Assembly (NCBI GenBank): GCA_035634255.1
Contig: DASQDI010000079.1
Span: 53,214-117,213, forward strand
Direction: 5' to 3'
Length of the DNA stretch: 64,000 nucleotides
Origin: Blastocatellia bacterium
GTDB lineage: Bacteria; Acidobacteriota; Blastocatellia; UBA7656
A model generated the notes under the pieces. It ran no database searches. It worked only from the letters and a program-made list of their open reading frames with translations, and was not told where the DNA came from. The position numbers and the translations under genes are program-made. This document shows positions 9,195 to 17,565 of this stretch, piece by piece. Each line of letters opens with the position of its first letter. The stretch's first letter is position 1.

Positions 9195-10172
9195 ATGGCT
9201 ACGTCGAAGAAGAGCAGCAAGTCAGCAAAAAGCAGCAAGGCAATGGGCAAGGCCGAGAAAGAACCGGCCGTCGAGGTGAGGCGCAAGTGCGGGGCGATGC
9301 AGGCGCATTTCCGCCTTCTTGAAGAAGACCCCGGCTTTCGCGCGAGGCAAGCCGACCTGGAACAGTCGACCGCGCGGAGGATGAGCCTGGGCGCGGACAG
9401 CCTCAGGGCGGGCGGGCCATTCACTATTCCCGTCGTCGTCCACGTGGTCTTCAACGCCGCCGCCGAGAACATTTCGATGGCGCAGATCAGGAGCCAGATC
9501 GGCGTGTTGAATCGTGACTTTCAAAACCAGAACGCGGACAGGAGCAAGGTGCCCGCGCCCTTCAAGGGGCTCGCGGCGGACGCCAACATCAGGTTCGTGC
9601 TGGCAAAACATGACCCCGAGGGCAAGCCGACCGATGGCGTGACCCGAACGCAGACAACGCGGACCTCTTTCGGGGCTAACGACTCGGTGAAGTCGTCGGC
9701 CACCGGGGGCCAGGACCCGTGGCCCACGGACAGGTACCTGAACATCTGGGTGTGCAACCTTGGGGGAGGGCTTCTAGGGTACGCGCAGTTCCCCGGAGGG
9801 CCGGCCGAAACCGATGGGGTCGTGATCACTCACAAGGGGTTCGGCAAGGTCGGGACCGCGCAGGCCCCGTTCAATCTTGGCAGGACGACGACGCATGAGA
9901 TCGGCCATTTCCTCAACCTGAGGCACATCTGGGGCGACACGGAAGACTGCTCCGGGACCGACTTCGTCGCGGACACGCCGAATTCGGCCGGGCCGAATTT
10001 CGGCAAGCCCGTCTTCCCGCACGTTTCTTGTAGGAACGGTCCCAACGGTGATATGTTCATGAACTACATGGATTATGTTGACGACGCCGCGATGTTCATG
10101 TTCTCGACCCAGCAGGTAGCGCGTATGCATGCCACCCTCGAAGGGGCTCGCAATACACTGGTCAATCCTTGA
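9195..10172 (+). CDS. M43 (pappalysin/ulilysin-like) zinc metalloprotease
   Basis: THEIGHFLNLRHIWGD extended zincin motif and MNYMDY Met-turn region. AAAGGAG Shine-Dalgarno before the ATG at 9195. Confidence 0.8.
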   Translation: MATSKKSSKSAKSSKAMGKAEKEPAVEVRRKCGAMQAHFRLLEEDPGFRARQADLEQSTARRMSLGADSLRAGGPFTIPVVVHVVFNAAAENISMAQIRSQIGVLNRDFQNQNADRSKVPAPFKGLAADANIRFVLAKHDPEGKPTDGVTRTQTTRTSFGANDSVKSSATGGQDPWPTDRYLNIWVCNLGGGLLGYAQFPGGPAETDGVVITHKGFGKVGTAQAPFNLGRTTTHEIGHFLNLRHIWGDTEDCSGTDFVADTPNSAGPNFGKPVFPHVSCRNGPNGDMFMNYMDYVDDAAMFMFSTQQVARMHATLEGARNTLVNP

Positions 10173-10191
10173 GTTTTTAAGGGGTGCGCCG

Positions 10192-10518
10192 ATGACCGAG
10201 ACGGTTGAACGAGACGCTCTGCTCCGGCGGTGGGTGCATTCATGGGAAGAGGACACGGGCGGCGGGCAGGTGTTCCGGCCGGAGGGCTATGAGTTCCAGC
10301 TCTCCCGCCGCCCCCGGGAGTCCTTCGAGCTGAAGCCTGACGGCACCCTGATTCTGGGATGGCCGTCCCCCTCGGACCGTCTGGATGAGTCTCGGGGAAG
10401 GTGGGAGATCACCGAAGGCGACAAGCTCCTCTTTTACTCCGGCTCAAAGGCCAGGCCTGAAAAGAAGCTGAGCATCAAATCCCTGAGCGACGACCGCCTT
10501 GTAGTCGAAGCCGGATAA
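10192..10518 (+). CDS. Hypothetical small protein
   Basis: ATG at 10192 inside the track ORF 10129-10518. Balanced composition. No family recognised. Confidence 0.5.
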   Translation: MTETVERDALLRRWVHSWEEDTGGGQVFRPEGYEFQLSRRPRESFELKPDGTLILGWPSPSDRLDESRGRWEITEGDKLLFYSGSKARPEKKLSIKSLSDDRLVVEAG

Positions 10519-10705
10519 GTAAACGGCCGACAGTTCAACCATCGCGGGCGGCTCCCTGCTCGCCCGCGGCCGGCGGGGCCACGGCCCCGCCCATCTGCGG
10601 CCCGAGCGCGGGCAAGCCAGCCTGAGATTTCAGGCGCGGCCGCGCGAGTGAGCCTAACAGCTTGTTGTACCCGAACACGGCGGCCGGGATAAGAGATTGA
10701 ATCCG

Positions 10706-11329
10706 ATGAAACAAAACTCTCTCGACGCGCGGGATCATCCAGGGGGCCGAGCAAGGAAAGTTGTATTATGCAGCGGCCATATGATCGACAGGCCCGAGCG
10801 CGAAGACCCCCGGTTTCCGCCCGAGAAAGAGGGGGTCGTGCGCGAGCGCACGGAGAGGCAACTGGACCGGTGGGGGGTCGGGGAGGGGGACCTCGCGATC
10901 TGCGGCGGAGCGCAGGGGGCGGACCTCATATTCGCCGAGGCGTGCGCGGGCAGGGAAGCCGAAGTGTGGCTGTTTCTCGCTCTGGACGAGGAGGAGTTTC
11001 TCGCAAGGTCGGTCCACCTGCCGGGCGGGGCCTGGGAAGATCGGTTCCGTGCGCTGCGGGCTCGCGGGAACGTGAGGACTATTTTTCTGGACGAAGGATC
11101 GGGCAAGGGCGCGGAGGGGCAGTCAGTTTTCGCCCTCAACAACGAGCGGATGATTGAGGCGGCCCTTGAGCAGGCCGGGGACCCGGGGAACATCTTCGCG
11201 CTTCTGGTCTGGGACGAGCGGGAGACGGGCGACGGGCCGGGAGGCACTTCGGAATTCGCCTCAATGGTCAGGAGTTTGGGAACTAATCTGGCGATCATCA
11301 ACCCAAGGGAACTGGCAAAAGGAGAATAG
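10706..11329 (+). CDS. Rossmann-like SLOG/YpsA/DprA-like protein (putative nucleotide-binding or nucleotide-processing)
   Basis: VVLCSGHMIDRPER..PRFP, ICGGAQGADLIFAEAC (GGxxGxD) and a late GDGPGGTSEF motif resemble the SLOG superfamily. Its stop codon lies 1 nt before the patatin ATG. The assignment is by eye only. Confidence 0.45.
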   Translation: MKQNSLDARDHPGGRARKVVLCSGHMIDRPEREDPRFPPEKEGVVRERTERQLDRWGVGEGDLAICGGAQGADLIFAEACAGREAEVWLFLALDEEEFLARSVHLPGGAWEDRFRALRARGNVRTIFLDEGSGKGAEGQSVFALNNERMIEAALEQAGDPGNIFALLVWDERETGDGPGGTSEFASMVRSLGTNLAIINPRELAKGE

Positions 11330-11330
11330 A

Positions 11331-12455
11331 ATGTCCTTTAAGGATAAGCTGAGCAAGGGAGGGCCTCGGAAGCTGCTCGCCCTGGATGGCGGAGGCATCC
11401 GCGGCGCTATAAGCATAGAGGTGCTGGCTAAGATAGAGTCTGTGCTACAGGAAGAGCTTGGCCTGGATGACAGGTTCGTGCTGGCGGACTATTTCGATTA
11501 CGTGGCGGGCACGAGCACCGGGGCGATCATCGCCACGTGCGTATCGCTCGGGATGCGCGTCGATAAGATTCGCGAGTTCTACAGAACGAGCGGCCCGGCC
11601 ATGTTCGACAAGACGAGCCTGCTCCGGCGGTTCCGCTACAAGTTCGAAGACCAGCAGCTCGCGGGCAAGCTGAAAGAAGTGATCGGGGGCGACACGACTC
11701 TGGGGAGCGACAAGCTGAAGACGCTCCTGCTGCTGGTCATGAGAAACGCGACCACCGACTCGCCCTGGCCGATCTCGAACAACCCGCGCGCGAAGTACAA
11801 CTGCATACCCGGCGATCCGGGCTGCAACCTGAACTTCCCCCTGTGGCAACTCGTTCGGGCTAGCACGGCCGCGCCGACTTACTTTCCGCCCGAAATAATT
11901 ATGGTGAATGGCAAGCCCTTCACCTTCGTGGACGGAGGGGTGACGATGTATAACAACCCGGCCTTCCAGCTTTTCCTGATGGCGACGGTAGAGCCCTACA
12001 ACCTGCGCTGGCCCTCGGGGGAAGATAAAATGCTTCTGGTGTCAATCGGCACCGGCACGAGCCCAGACGCGAACGAGGACCTCACACCCGAGGAGATGAA
12101 TCTGCTCTACAACGCATCGTCGATCCCTTCGGCCCTGATGTTCGCCGCGTCGAACGAGCAGGACTTCCTCTGCCGCGTCTTCGGCAAGTGCCTGGCCGGG
12201 GACGAGCTGGAAAGCGAGGTGGGAGACATGATAGGCAAGAGCGGCCCCGCGCTTCCCAAGCTCTTCACCTACATGCGCTATAACGCGGAGCTGAGCCGCT
12301 CGGGCCTGGACAAGCTGGGGCTCGGCCACGTCAGGCCGGAGGACGTGCAGAAGCTCGATTCGGTCGAGCACATAGACGATCTTCAGGCAGTGGGCAGGGC
12401 CGTCGCGGAGGACAGGGTGAAGAAGGAGCACTTCGCGAGCTTTATTCAACTTTAA
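11331..12455 (+). CDS. Patatin-like phospholipase
   Basis: LALDGGGIRG oxyanion motif, GTSTGAIIA (GxSxG serine) and VDGGV (Asp of the dyad). ATG at 11331. Confidence 0.9.
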   Translation: MSFKDKLSKGGPRKLLALDGGGIRGAISIEVLAKIESVLQEELGLDDRFVLADYFDYVAGTSTGAIIATCVSLGMRVDKIREFYRTSGPAMFDKTSLLRRFRYKFEDQQLAGKLKEVIGGDTTLGSDKLKTLLLLVMRNATTDSPWPISNNPRAKYNCIPGDPGCNLNFPLWQLVRASTAAPTYFPPEIIMVNGKPFTFVDGGVTMYNNPAFQLFLMATVEPYNLRWPSGEDKMLLVSIGTGTSPDANEDLTPEEMNLLYNASSIPSALMFAASNEQDFLCRVFGKCLAGDELESEVGDMIGKSGPALPKLFTYMRYNAELSRSGLDKLGLGHVRPEDVQKLDSVEHIDDLQAVGRAVAEDRVKKEHFASFIQL

Positions 12456-12620
12456 AGGGAAGAGAAAGAAGGGCGGGATGACGCCTGACGAGGTAAGTGA
12501 TAAGTACGCAAAACAGGGTGTGAAGGTCACCTGCCGGATATTGGAGGGCGATCAGGTTTTGAAATGATGCGGGGGCAGAGATGAATCTACCCCCCGCCGG
12601 AATCCCGCGACGTTACTTCG

Positions 12621-13943
12621 TTACTTTTTCTTAGCCGATGCGTCGCTGTCGGCGACCGGCAGCCCTTTGACCACGCGCAGGTTGAGGTCCTCGTCCGCGG
12701 CCTCGTAAAATATGCGGCCCTGCATCATCTCGTCCACGGTCTTTTCGCCCCACCGCACGGTCTGGGCCGGGTCCGGGTTGAACCTGTTCTTCTCGCTATT
12801 GTCGTACGTGCCGATGTACTCCACGACCGTCCCTTTGGGAACTCTCAGTGGCTCGTCGAGAATATAGGTCCGCTGCCAGTTGAAGTTGTACCCTTGCACT
12901 TCCAGGGCCGTCTCCACCCGGCCATCGGGGTAGTGGAGCTTCATCACGTAAGACTTGCCCCGCAGGTGCATGTGGACGTGGAAGAACTTGATGACCGCGT
13001 CGGTAGGGAACGTGTTGCGGGAGATGAAGGAGGCGTCGCTCTGGCCCGGCTGGATCACGAGGTCCTTCCGGTCTCCGAACAGCATCCGAATGTTCTTCCT
13101 GACGATGCCGTTGGAAAAGTACATGCCGATCTTCGTCTGATCGTGGGCATCTTCGTCGCTGGGCGCGTAATGGACCTGTATGCCGAGCCGCATGCCTTTC
13201 GGGATGCGCACGGCCGTGCCTTCCGTGAGCCTGACGGTGTTGGTCCCCGGCACCCACCCGGAGATCATTATCGTGCCCCTGGCCGACGGGTCGAAATCGC
13301 CCGCGATGTAGCCTTCGGGCGGGGCCTGGAAGTTGGGCGGGACGAGGTGGACGTTCGCATGATGTACCTTGCTCGCGTTGCCGGGTCGGACCTGAATCGA
13401 GTTGACCCACGTGTTCTCAGGAAAGACGTGATCGAAGACGAAGAAGACGTAGAGGTCTTTGTCGTTCTTCCTGAGCGTGAACGGGCGGGCGGGCGACACG
13501 ACGAGGTCGGGCTGCCCGAAAGCCCAGTCGTCTTTCCACACCCTTGGCGGGGGGAGGTCTTTCCGGTTGCCTTCCTTCGCGCCGCCGTCCACCCAGTCGC
13601 GGATCGTCGCGATCTCGGCGTCGGTCAACCGCGGGTCTTCGTGATAGCGCCCCACCGACCCCAGAGCGTGGAAAGGCGGCATCTCTCGCTTGACGGCCTT
13701 CTCCCTAATGGCCCGAGCCCACGGCCGCGCCTCTTTGTAAGTCGCGAACGACATGGGGGCGACCCCGCCCTGGCGGTGACACTCTTCGCACCGCTTCTGC
13801 ATAATCCGGGCGACATCTTTGGCGAAGGTGACGTTTGCCGGGCGGTCCGCCCCGGAGCTTGCCGAGGCGCTCGCCATGTACGCCGAGAGCCCCGAGGCTA
13901 CCGCCAAAGCGAGCACAGCTTTCCTTATTCTCGAAAGATTCAC
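12621..13943 (-). CDS. Cytochrome c domain fused to a PHM/DBH-like copper monooxygenase fold
   Basis: GTG start at 13943 after GGAGG. Signal peptide. CEECH haem-c motif. VHHANVHL, IQVHYAP, HVHMHLRG and VDEMMQG match the CuH (HH...H) and CuM (HxH...M) ligand pattern. Confidence 0.7.
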   Translation of the reverse strand: MNLSRIRKAVLALAVASGLSAYMASASASSGADRPANVTFAKDVARIMQKRCEECHRQGGVAPMSFATYKEARPWARAIREKAVKREMPPFHALGSVGRYHEDPRLTDAEIATIRDWVDGGAKEGNRKDLPPPRVWKDDWAFGQPDLVVSPARPFTLRKNDKDLYVFFVFDHVFPENTWVNSIQVRPGNASKVHHANVHLVPPNFQAPPEGYIAGDFDPSARGTIMISGWVPGTNTVRLTEGTAVRIPKGMRLGIQVHYAPSDEDAHDQTKIGMYFSNGIVRKNIRMLFGDRKDLVIQPGQSDASFISRNTFPTDAVIKFFHVHMHLRGKSYVMKLHYPDGRVETALEVQGYNFNWQRTYILDEPLRVPKGTVVEYIGTYDNSEKNRFNPDPAQTVRWGEKTVDEMMQGRIFYEAADEDLNLRVVKGLPVADSDASAKKK

Positions 13944-14135
13944 TTCTCCCTTCCTCCTTCCGCGACTCTTGAGATGGCGATTCCGGCAGCGCGCTTGAGA
14001 GCGAATGCATGAGATCGTGCGCAATCGACGCCCGGCGGCTGGCGTGCTGCCCTGAATCATATGCCTTGCGAATTCCTACATCAAGTCGAATTGAATGCGG
14101 GTGCATAAGTGCGCCAGATCGAGTATCGTGATCTT

Positions 14136-14690
14136 ATGAGCGAAATATACGTGAGCACAGACGTTGAGACCGACGGGCCGGTGCCGGGCCTCAATTCCAT
14201 GTTGAGCTTCGCCTCGGCGGCCTTTCTTCCCGACAAGACTCTGGTCAGCACCTTCTCGGCGAACCTCGACACTCTGGAGGGGGCGAGGTCCGACCCCGAG
14301 ACGATGGCGTGGTGGGAGACGAAGCCCGAGGCGTGGGAGGCTTGCAGAAGACACCTGCAACCCCCTTCGCTCGTGATGCCGCAGTACGTCTCCTGGCTGA
14401 AGGGGCTGCCCGAGCCCCCCGTCTTCGTGGGCTACCCGGCCGCCTTCGATTTCATGTTCGTCACTTATTACCTCTATCGCTTCGCGGGAGAGAGCCCGTT
14501 TTCTTACCTCGCTCTGGACATAAAATCTTACGCGATGGCCGTGATGAGGGTGGACTTTCACGAGGTCGTCAAGAAAAATATGCCCCAGCGGTGGTTCGAC
14601 GCCCTGCCTTACACGCACATCGCTCTGGACGACGCCATCTCTCAGGGCGCTCTGTTCTGCAACATGCTGGATGAGAACACGAACCGGTGA
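14136..14690 (+). CDS. DEDDh-type 3'-5' exonuclease-like protein
   Basis: [13 protein letters not shown] (DxE), FDFMFV and [11 protein letters not shown] (Hx4D) motifs. Confidence 0.65.
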   Translation: MSEIYVSTDVETDGPVPGLNSMLSFASAAFLPDKTLVSTFSANLDTLEGARSDPETMAWWETKPEAWEACRRHLQPPSLVMPQYVSWLKGLPEPPVFVGYPAAFDFMFVTYYLYRFAGESPFSYLALDIKSYAMAVMRVDFHEVVKKNMPQRWFDALPYTHIALDDAISQGALFCNMLDENTNR

Positions 14691-14720
14691 GCACGCGCCG
14701 GGGCGGGCGGCCGGTACCGG

Positions 14721-14933
14721 ATGGGCAAGTACGTGATAAAAGTAATGGGCGGCCTCATCATCCTGCTCGGGCTCTACCTCGGGGGCCACGGCATAAATGC
14801 CCTCCGCGGGTGGGAGCACAGGAATAAAGAGGCGTTCGGGATTTCCGACAGGGCTCCGTACGTTGAGCTCGCAGTCGCTTTATTCGGCGTCGCGGTCGGC
14901 GGGTGGATTCTTTTCAGGAGGCCTAAAGCGTAA
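14721..14933 (+). CDS. Small two-TM membrane protein
   Basis: 70 aa with two hydrophobic helices (VMGGLIILLGLYLGG and VALFGVAVGGWILF). Weak ribosome-binding site. Confidence 0.4.
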   Translation: MGKYVIKVMGGLIILLGLYLGGHGINALRGWEHRNKEAFGISDRAPYVELAVALFGVAVGGWILFRRPKA

Positions 14934-14942
14934 GGAAAGAAT

Positions 14943-15416
14943 ATGCGAATGAACCGGAATCTTCTGATGATTTTTGCGGCCCTTTCCCTGTGCCCCGCGC
15001 TCTGCGCGCAGGCTCCGGGCGCGCAGGAGGGCCGCACGATAATTAAAGATAAGCAGGCGAGGGCGAGGCTGCTCGGCGAGCACAGGTTGTCCTTGCAGTG
15101 GATTAGCTGGGATTACTTCGGCAAGGCCGTAGTCAGGGAGAATAAAGGGGTCCTCTCCATCGCGGGCGAGCAGAAGGGGCGGGGGACCGGCGATTACCTG
15201 AAGATCGAAGGCGTCATCACCGAAGTCGATACCACGGAGATAAAATTCAAAGGGACGATAGAGACGAGAGTGAGCCACATCAATCAGGGCAACCCGTGCA
15301 AGAGGGAAGGGGAGATGACCTTTCGCATCACGCAAAACAGGAGGTACTGGCGGCTGAAAGAGATGGACAACCCCTGCGACGAAGCGACCGACTACGTCGA
15401 TATTTACTTTCGCTGA
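14943..15416 (+). CDS. Secreted hypothetical protein
   Basis: Signal peptide MRMNRNLLMIFAALSLCPALCAQA. Non-shadow composition. Confidence 0.55.
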   Translation: MRMNRNLLMIFAALSLCPALCAQAPGAQEGRTIIKDKQARARLLGEHRLSLQWISWDYFGKAVVRENKGVLSIAGEQKGRGTGDYLKIEGVITEVDTTEIKFKGTIETRVSHINQGNPCKREGEMTFRITQNRRYWRLKEMDNPCDEATDYVDIYFR

Positions 15417-15436
15417 CCTCGCGCGAAAAAAAATCC

Positions 15437-15468
15437 TTGACCCTGGAATCGATTCCAACCTTTATAAT
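15437..15468 (+). promoter_or_regulatory. MerR-type promoter: TTGACC, 20-nt spacer containing the palindrome TGGAATCGATTCCA, then TATAAT
   Basis: -35 at 15437-15442, perfect 14-bp palindrome at 15444-15457, -10 at 15463-15468, immediately upstream of the MerR-family gene. Confidence 0.55.
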
Positions 15469-15474
15469 CATCCC

Positions 15475-15987
15475 GTGGCTGATCGACCGACAGACGAATC
15501 CTTCCTGCGCGCGGGCGAGCTGGCGAAAGCGTGCGGGATAAGCACGGACACCCTGCGCCATTACGAGCGGAAAGGAGTCCTGCCTGCTCCCGTCCGGGCC
15601 CCTAACGGCTACCGGCAGTATCCCGCCGGGGCGCTCGGCCGCGTGCGCCTGATCCGCAGGGCGCTCGCCCTCGGGTTCACGCTCGACGAGCTTGCCGGGA
15701 TTCTGAAAGTGCGCGACCGCGGCGGCGCGCCGTGCAGACAGGTCCGCGAGCTTGCCGAGGCGAGGCTGTCTGAAATCGAAGAGCAGCTCCGCGACCTGAT
15801 GGGGCTGCGCGACGATCTGCGGGCCATACTGCGGGACTGGGATGACCGGCTCTCGGGCCGCGAGCCGGGCGAGCGGACCGGCCTTCTGGAATCCCTCGGA
15901 GAGCGTGAATCCGCCCCTGCGCCCCGGAGCCTGAACGGACGGGCCGCGCGAAAGCTCAAGATTAAGGAGAAAGAGAGTGAAGCATAA
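15475..15987 (+). CDS. MerR-family transcriptional regulator
   Basis: LRAGELAKACGISTDTLRHYERKGVLPAP helix-turn-helix and coiled-coil dimerisation region. GTG start at 15475. Confidence 0.85.
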   Translation: MADRPTDESFLRAGELAKACGISTDTLRHYERKGVLPAPVRAPNGYRQYPAGALGRVRLIRRALALGFTLDELAGILKVRDRGGAPCRQVRELAEARLSEIEEQLRDLMGLRDDLRAILRDWDDRLSGREPGERTGLLESLGERESAPAPRSLNGRAARKLKIKEKESEA

Positions 15988-16540
15988 GAATTACCTGAGA
16001 AAGATTATTCTGGCCGCCTGCGCCTCCGCGATGACGTTGACGGCCCACGCGCAACAACCCTCCGCGCCCGCGCGCGAGAAGGCCGCGTGCCCGATGCATA
16101 AGAAGCACATGGCCGAGTCTCAGGACCGGCACGCGCACGACCTGAACGAGCGGGGCGGCAAGGCGATGGGGTTCGATCAGTCGAAGACAACTCACCACTT
16201 CAGGCTGCTGCGGGACGGCGGGGCGATTGAGGTGGAGGCGAATGACCCCCGCGACGAAGCGAGCAAGGGCCAGATCAGGCGGCACCTCGCGCACATCTCG
16301 AAGATGTTCGCCGAAGGCGACTTCTCGACGCCGTTCGCCGTTCACGCGCGAACCCCCTCTGGAGTCCCGGAACTGACGCGATTGAAGGCCGAAATTACTT
16401 ACAAGTATGAAGAGACTGAGGGCGGCGGCCGGGTCCGCATCTCGACCGGGGACGCGAAAGCCTTAGCCGCGATCCATGAGTTCCTGCGCTTTCAGATCGA
16501 GGACCACCGGACCGGCGACCCTCTGGAAGTGATAAAGTAA
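15977..16540 (+). CDS. Secreted His-rich hypothetical protein
   Basis: GTG start after AAGGAG, overlapping the end of the merR-like gene by 11 nt. Signal peptide. CPMHKKHMAESQDRHAHD segment. Confidence 0.6.
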   Translation: MKHKNYLRKIILAACASAMTLTAHAQQPSAPAREKAACPMHKKHMAESQDRHAHDLNERGGKAMGFDQSKTTHHFRLLRDGGAIEVEANDPRDEASKGQIRRHLAHISKMFAEGDFSTPFAVHARTPSGVPELTRLKAEITYKYEETEGGGRVRISTGDAKALAAIHEFLRFQIEDHRTGDPLEVIK

Positions 16541-16605
16541 CAGGGCAATTCCCGGATGCGTACCGATAAGCGGCCCGCTCGGGGCCGCTTCCTTTTTCTT
16601 CATCA

Positions 16606-17547
16606 TCACTCGAACGGCACTTGCAGAGCGCCTCGCATGTAACCGATCATCAGGTCGCCGTCGTAGCCCCCGAACCAGAAGGTCACGGGCCACGGCGCTT
16701 CGAGGTCGAGCCTGCGCCCGTTTTCGCCGGCTTCGATCCCCTCGACCAGCCCCTTGCTCCCTTCGATGTGGAAATTCCAGATGCGTTGCATGCCGAGGCG
16801 GCTCCTGATCCTCTGCCCGAAGAACTCGATGACGTAGAGGCGAGTTTTGTACATCTCTTCGAGCGCCCTCTTATCCATGCCCGTCTCCGCCGCCTCCTGC
16901 TCCACGTTCTTAAGCAGCCCCTCTATGTCTTTCGCGCGGTCATTGAAGTACTCGAAGAAGTCATAGACCCCGATGGCTTCCATGACTTCAAGGCTCGGCT
17001 CCGCGGCGGGCGGGACGCCGAGCCGGTCCTGATAAACGTCCGGCGGCAGCTTCCAGAGAGGTATGTCGCGAGAGAGCACGTCTTTCCTCTGGATGTGCTG
17101 ATCAGGGTGGTCCGGGTTTCTTATGTCGATGATGAAAGGGTCTATCGGGAACTCGACGTTGTCATCGGACGCGACGATGTCGTTGCGCCCTTCGAACATC
17201 GGCCCCACGTCCCCGGTCCTGAAGTCTCTGTCGAGCAGGTTGACCATGCCGCCCACTAGGTTTTGAGCCGGGGCGTAACTCGCGCCGTTGACGGTCGCGG
17301 ACTTCACCTTCACGCCGAGGCTGAGCTTATTCTGCTCTATCAGGCGCGGCCCCGGCTTCCGCAGGTTCTTCTTCAGGTACTCTTCGCTCGGGTTGAGCAG
17401 GATGTAGTTATCGAGGTCCGTCTCGCTCGCGAGCGCGAGGGTGTAGCCGCTGACCCCGCGCTTCTCGTCGGTCGGGTCCGGGTCGGTGGTCAGCCTGCAC
17501 ATGAAGTAGCCTTCGAAGGCGATGTCGAGCGTTTCCCAGTTTTTCAT
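16606..17547 (-). CDS. Hypothetical protein (partner of the ferritin-like protein)
   Basis: 313-aa ORF with balanced composition, 18 nt downstream of the ferritin-like gene on the same strand. No family recognised. Confidence 0.6.
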   Translation of the reverse strand: MKNWETLDIAFEGYFMCRLTTDPDPTDEKRGVSGYTLALASETDLDNYILLNPSEEYLKKNLRKPGPRLIEQNKLSLGVKVKSATVNGASYAPAQNLVGGMVNLLDRDFRTGDVGPMFEGRNDIVASDDNVEFPIDPFIIDIRNPDHPDQHIQRKDVLSRDIPLWKLPPDVYQDRLGVPPAAEPSLEVMEAIGVYDFFEYFNDRAKDIEGLLKNVEQEAAETGMDKRALEEMYKTRLYVIEFFGQRIRSRLGMQRIWNFHIEGSKGLVEGIEAGENGRRLDLEAPWPVTFWFGGYDGDLMIGYMRGALQVPFE

Positions 17548-17565
17548 CGTAATCTCTCCCGTGGC

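Noticed and set aside
12894-14012. 372-aa ORF on the plus strand
   Set aside because: It is antisense to the cytochrome c/Cu-monooxygenase-like gene. It has shadow composition.
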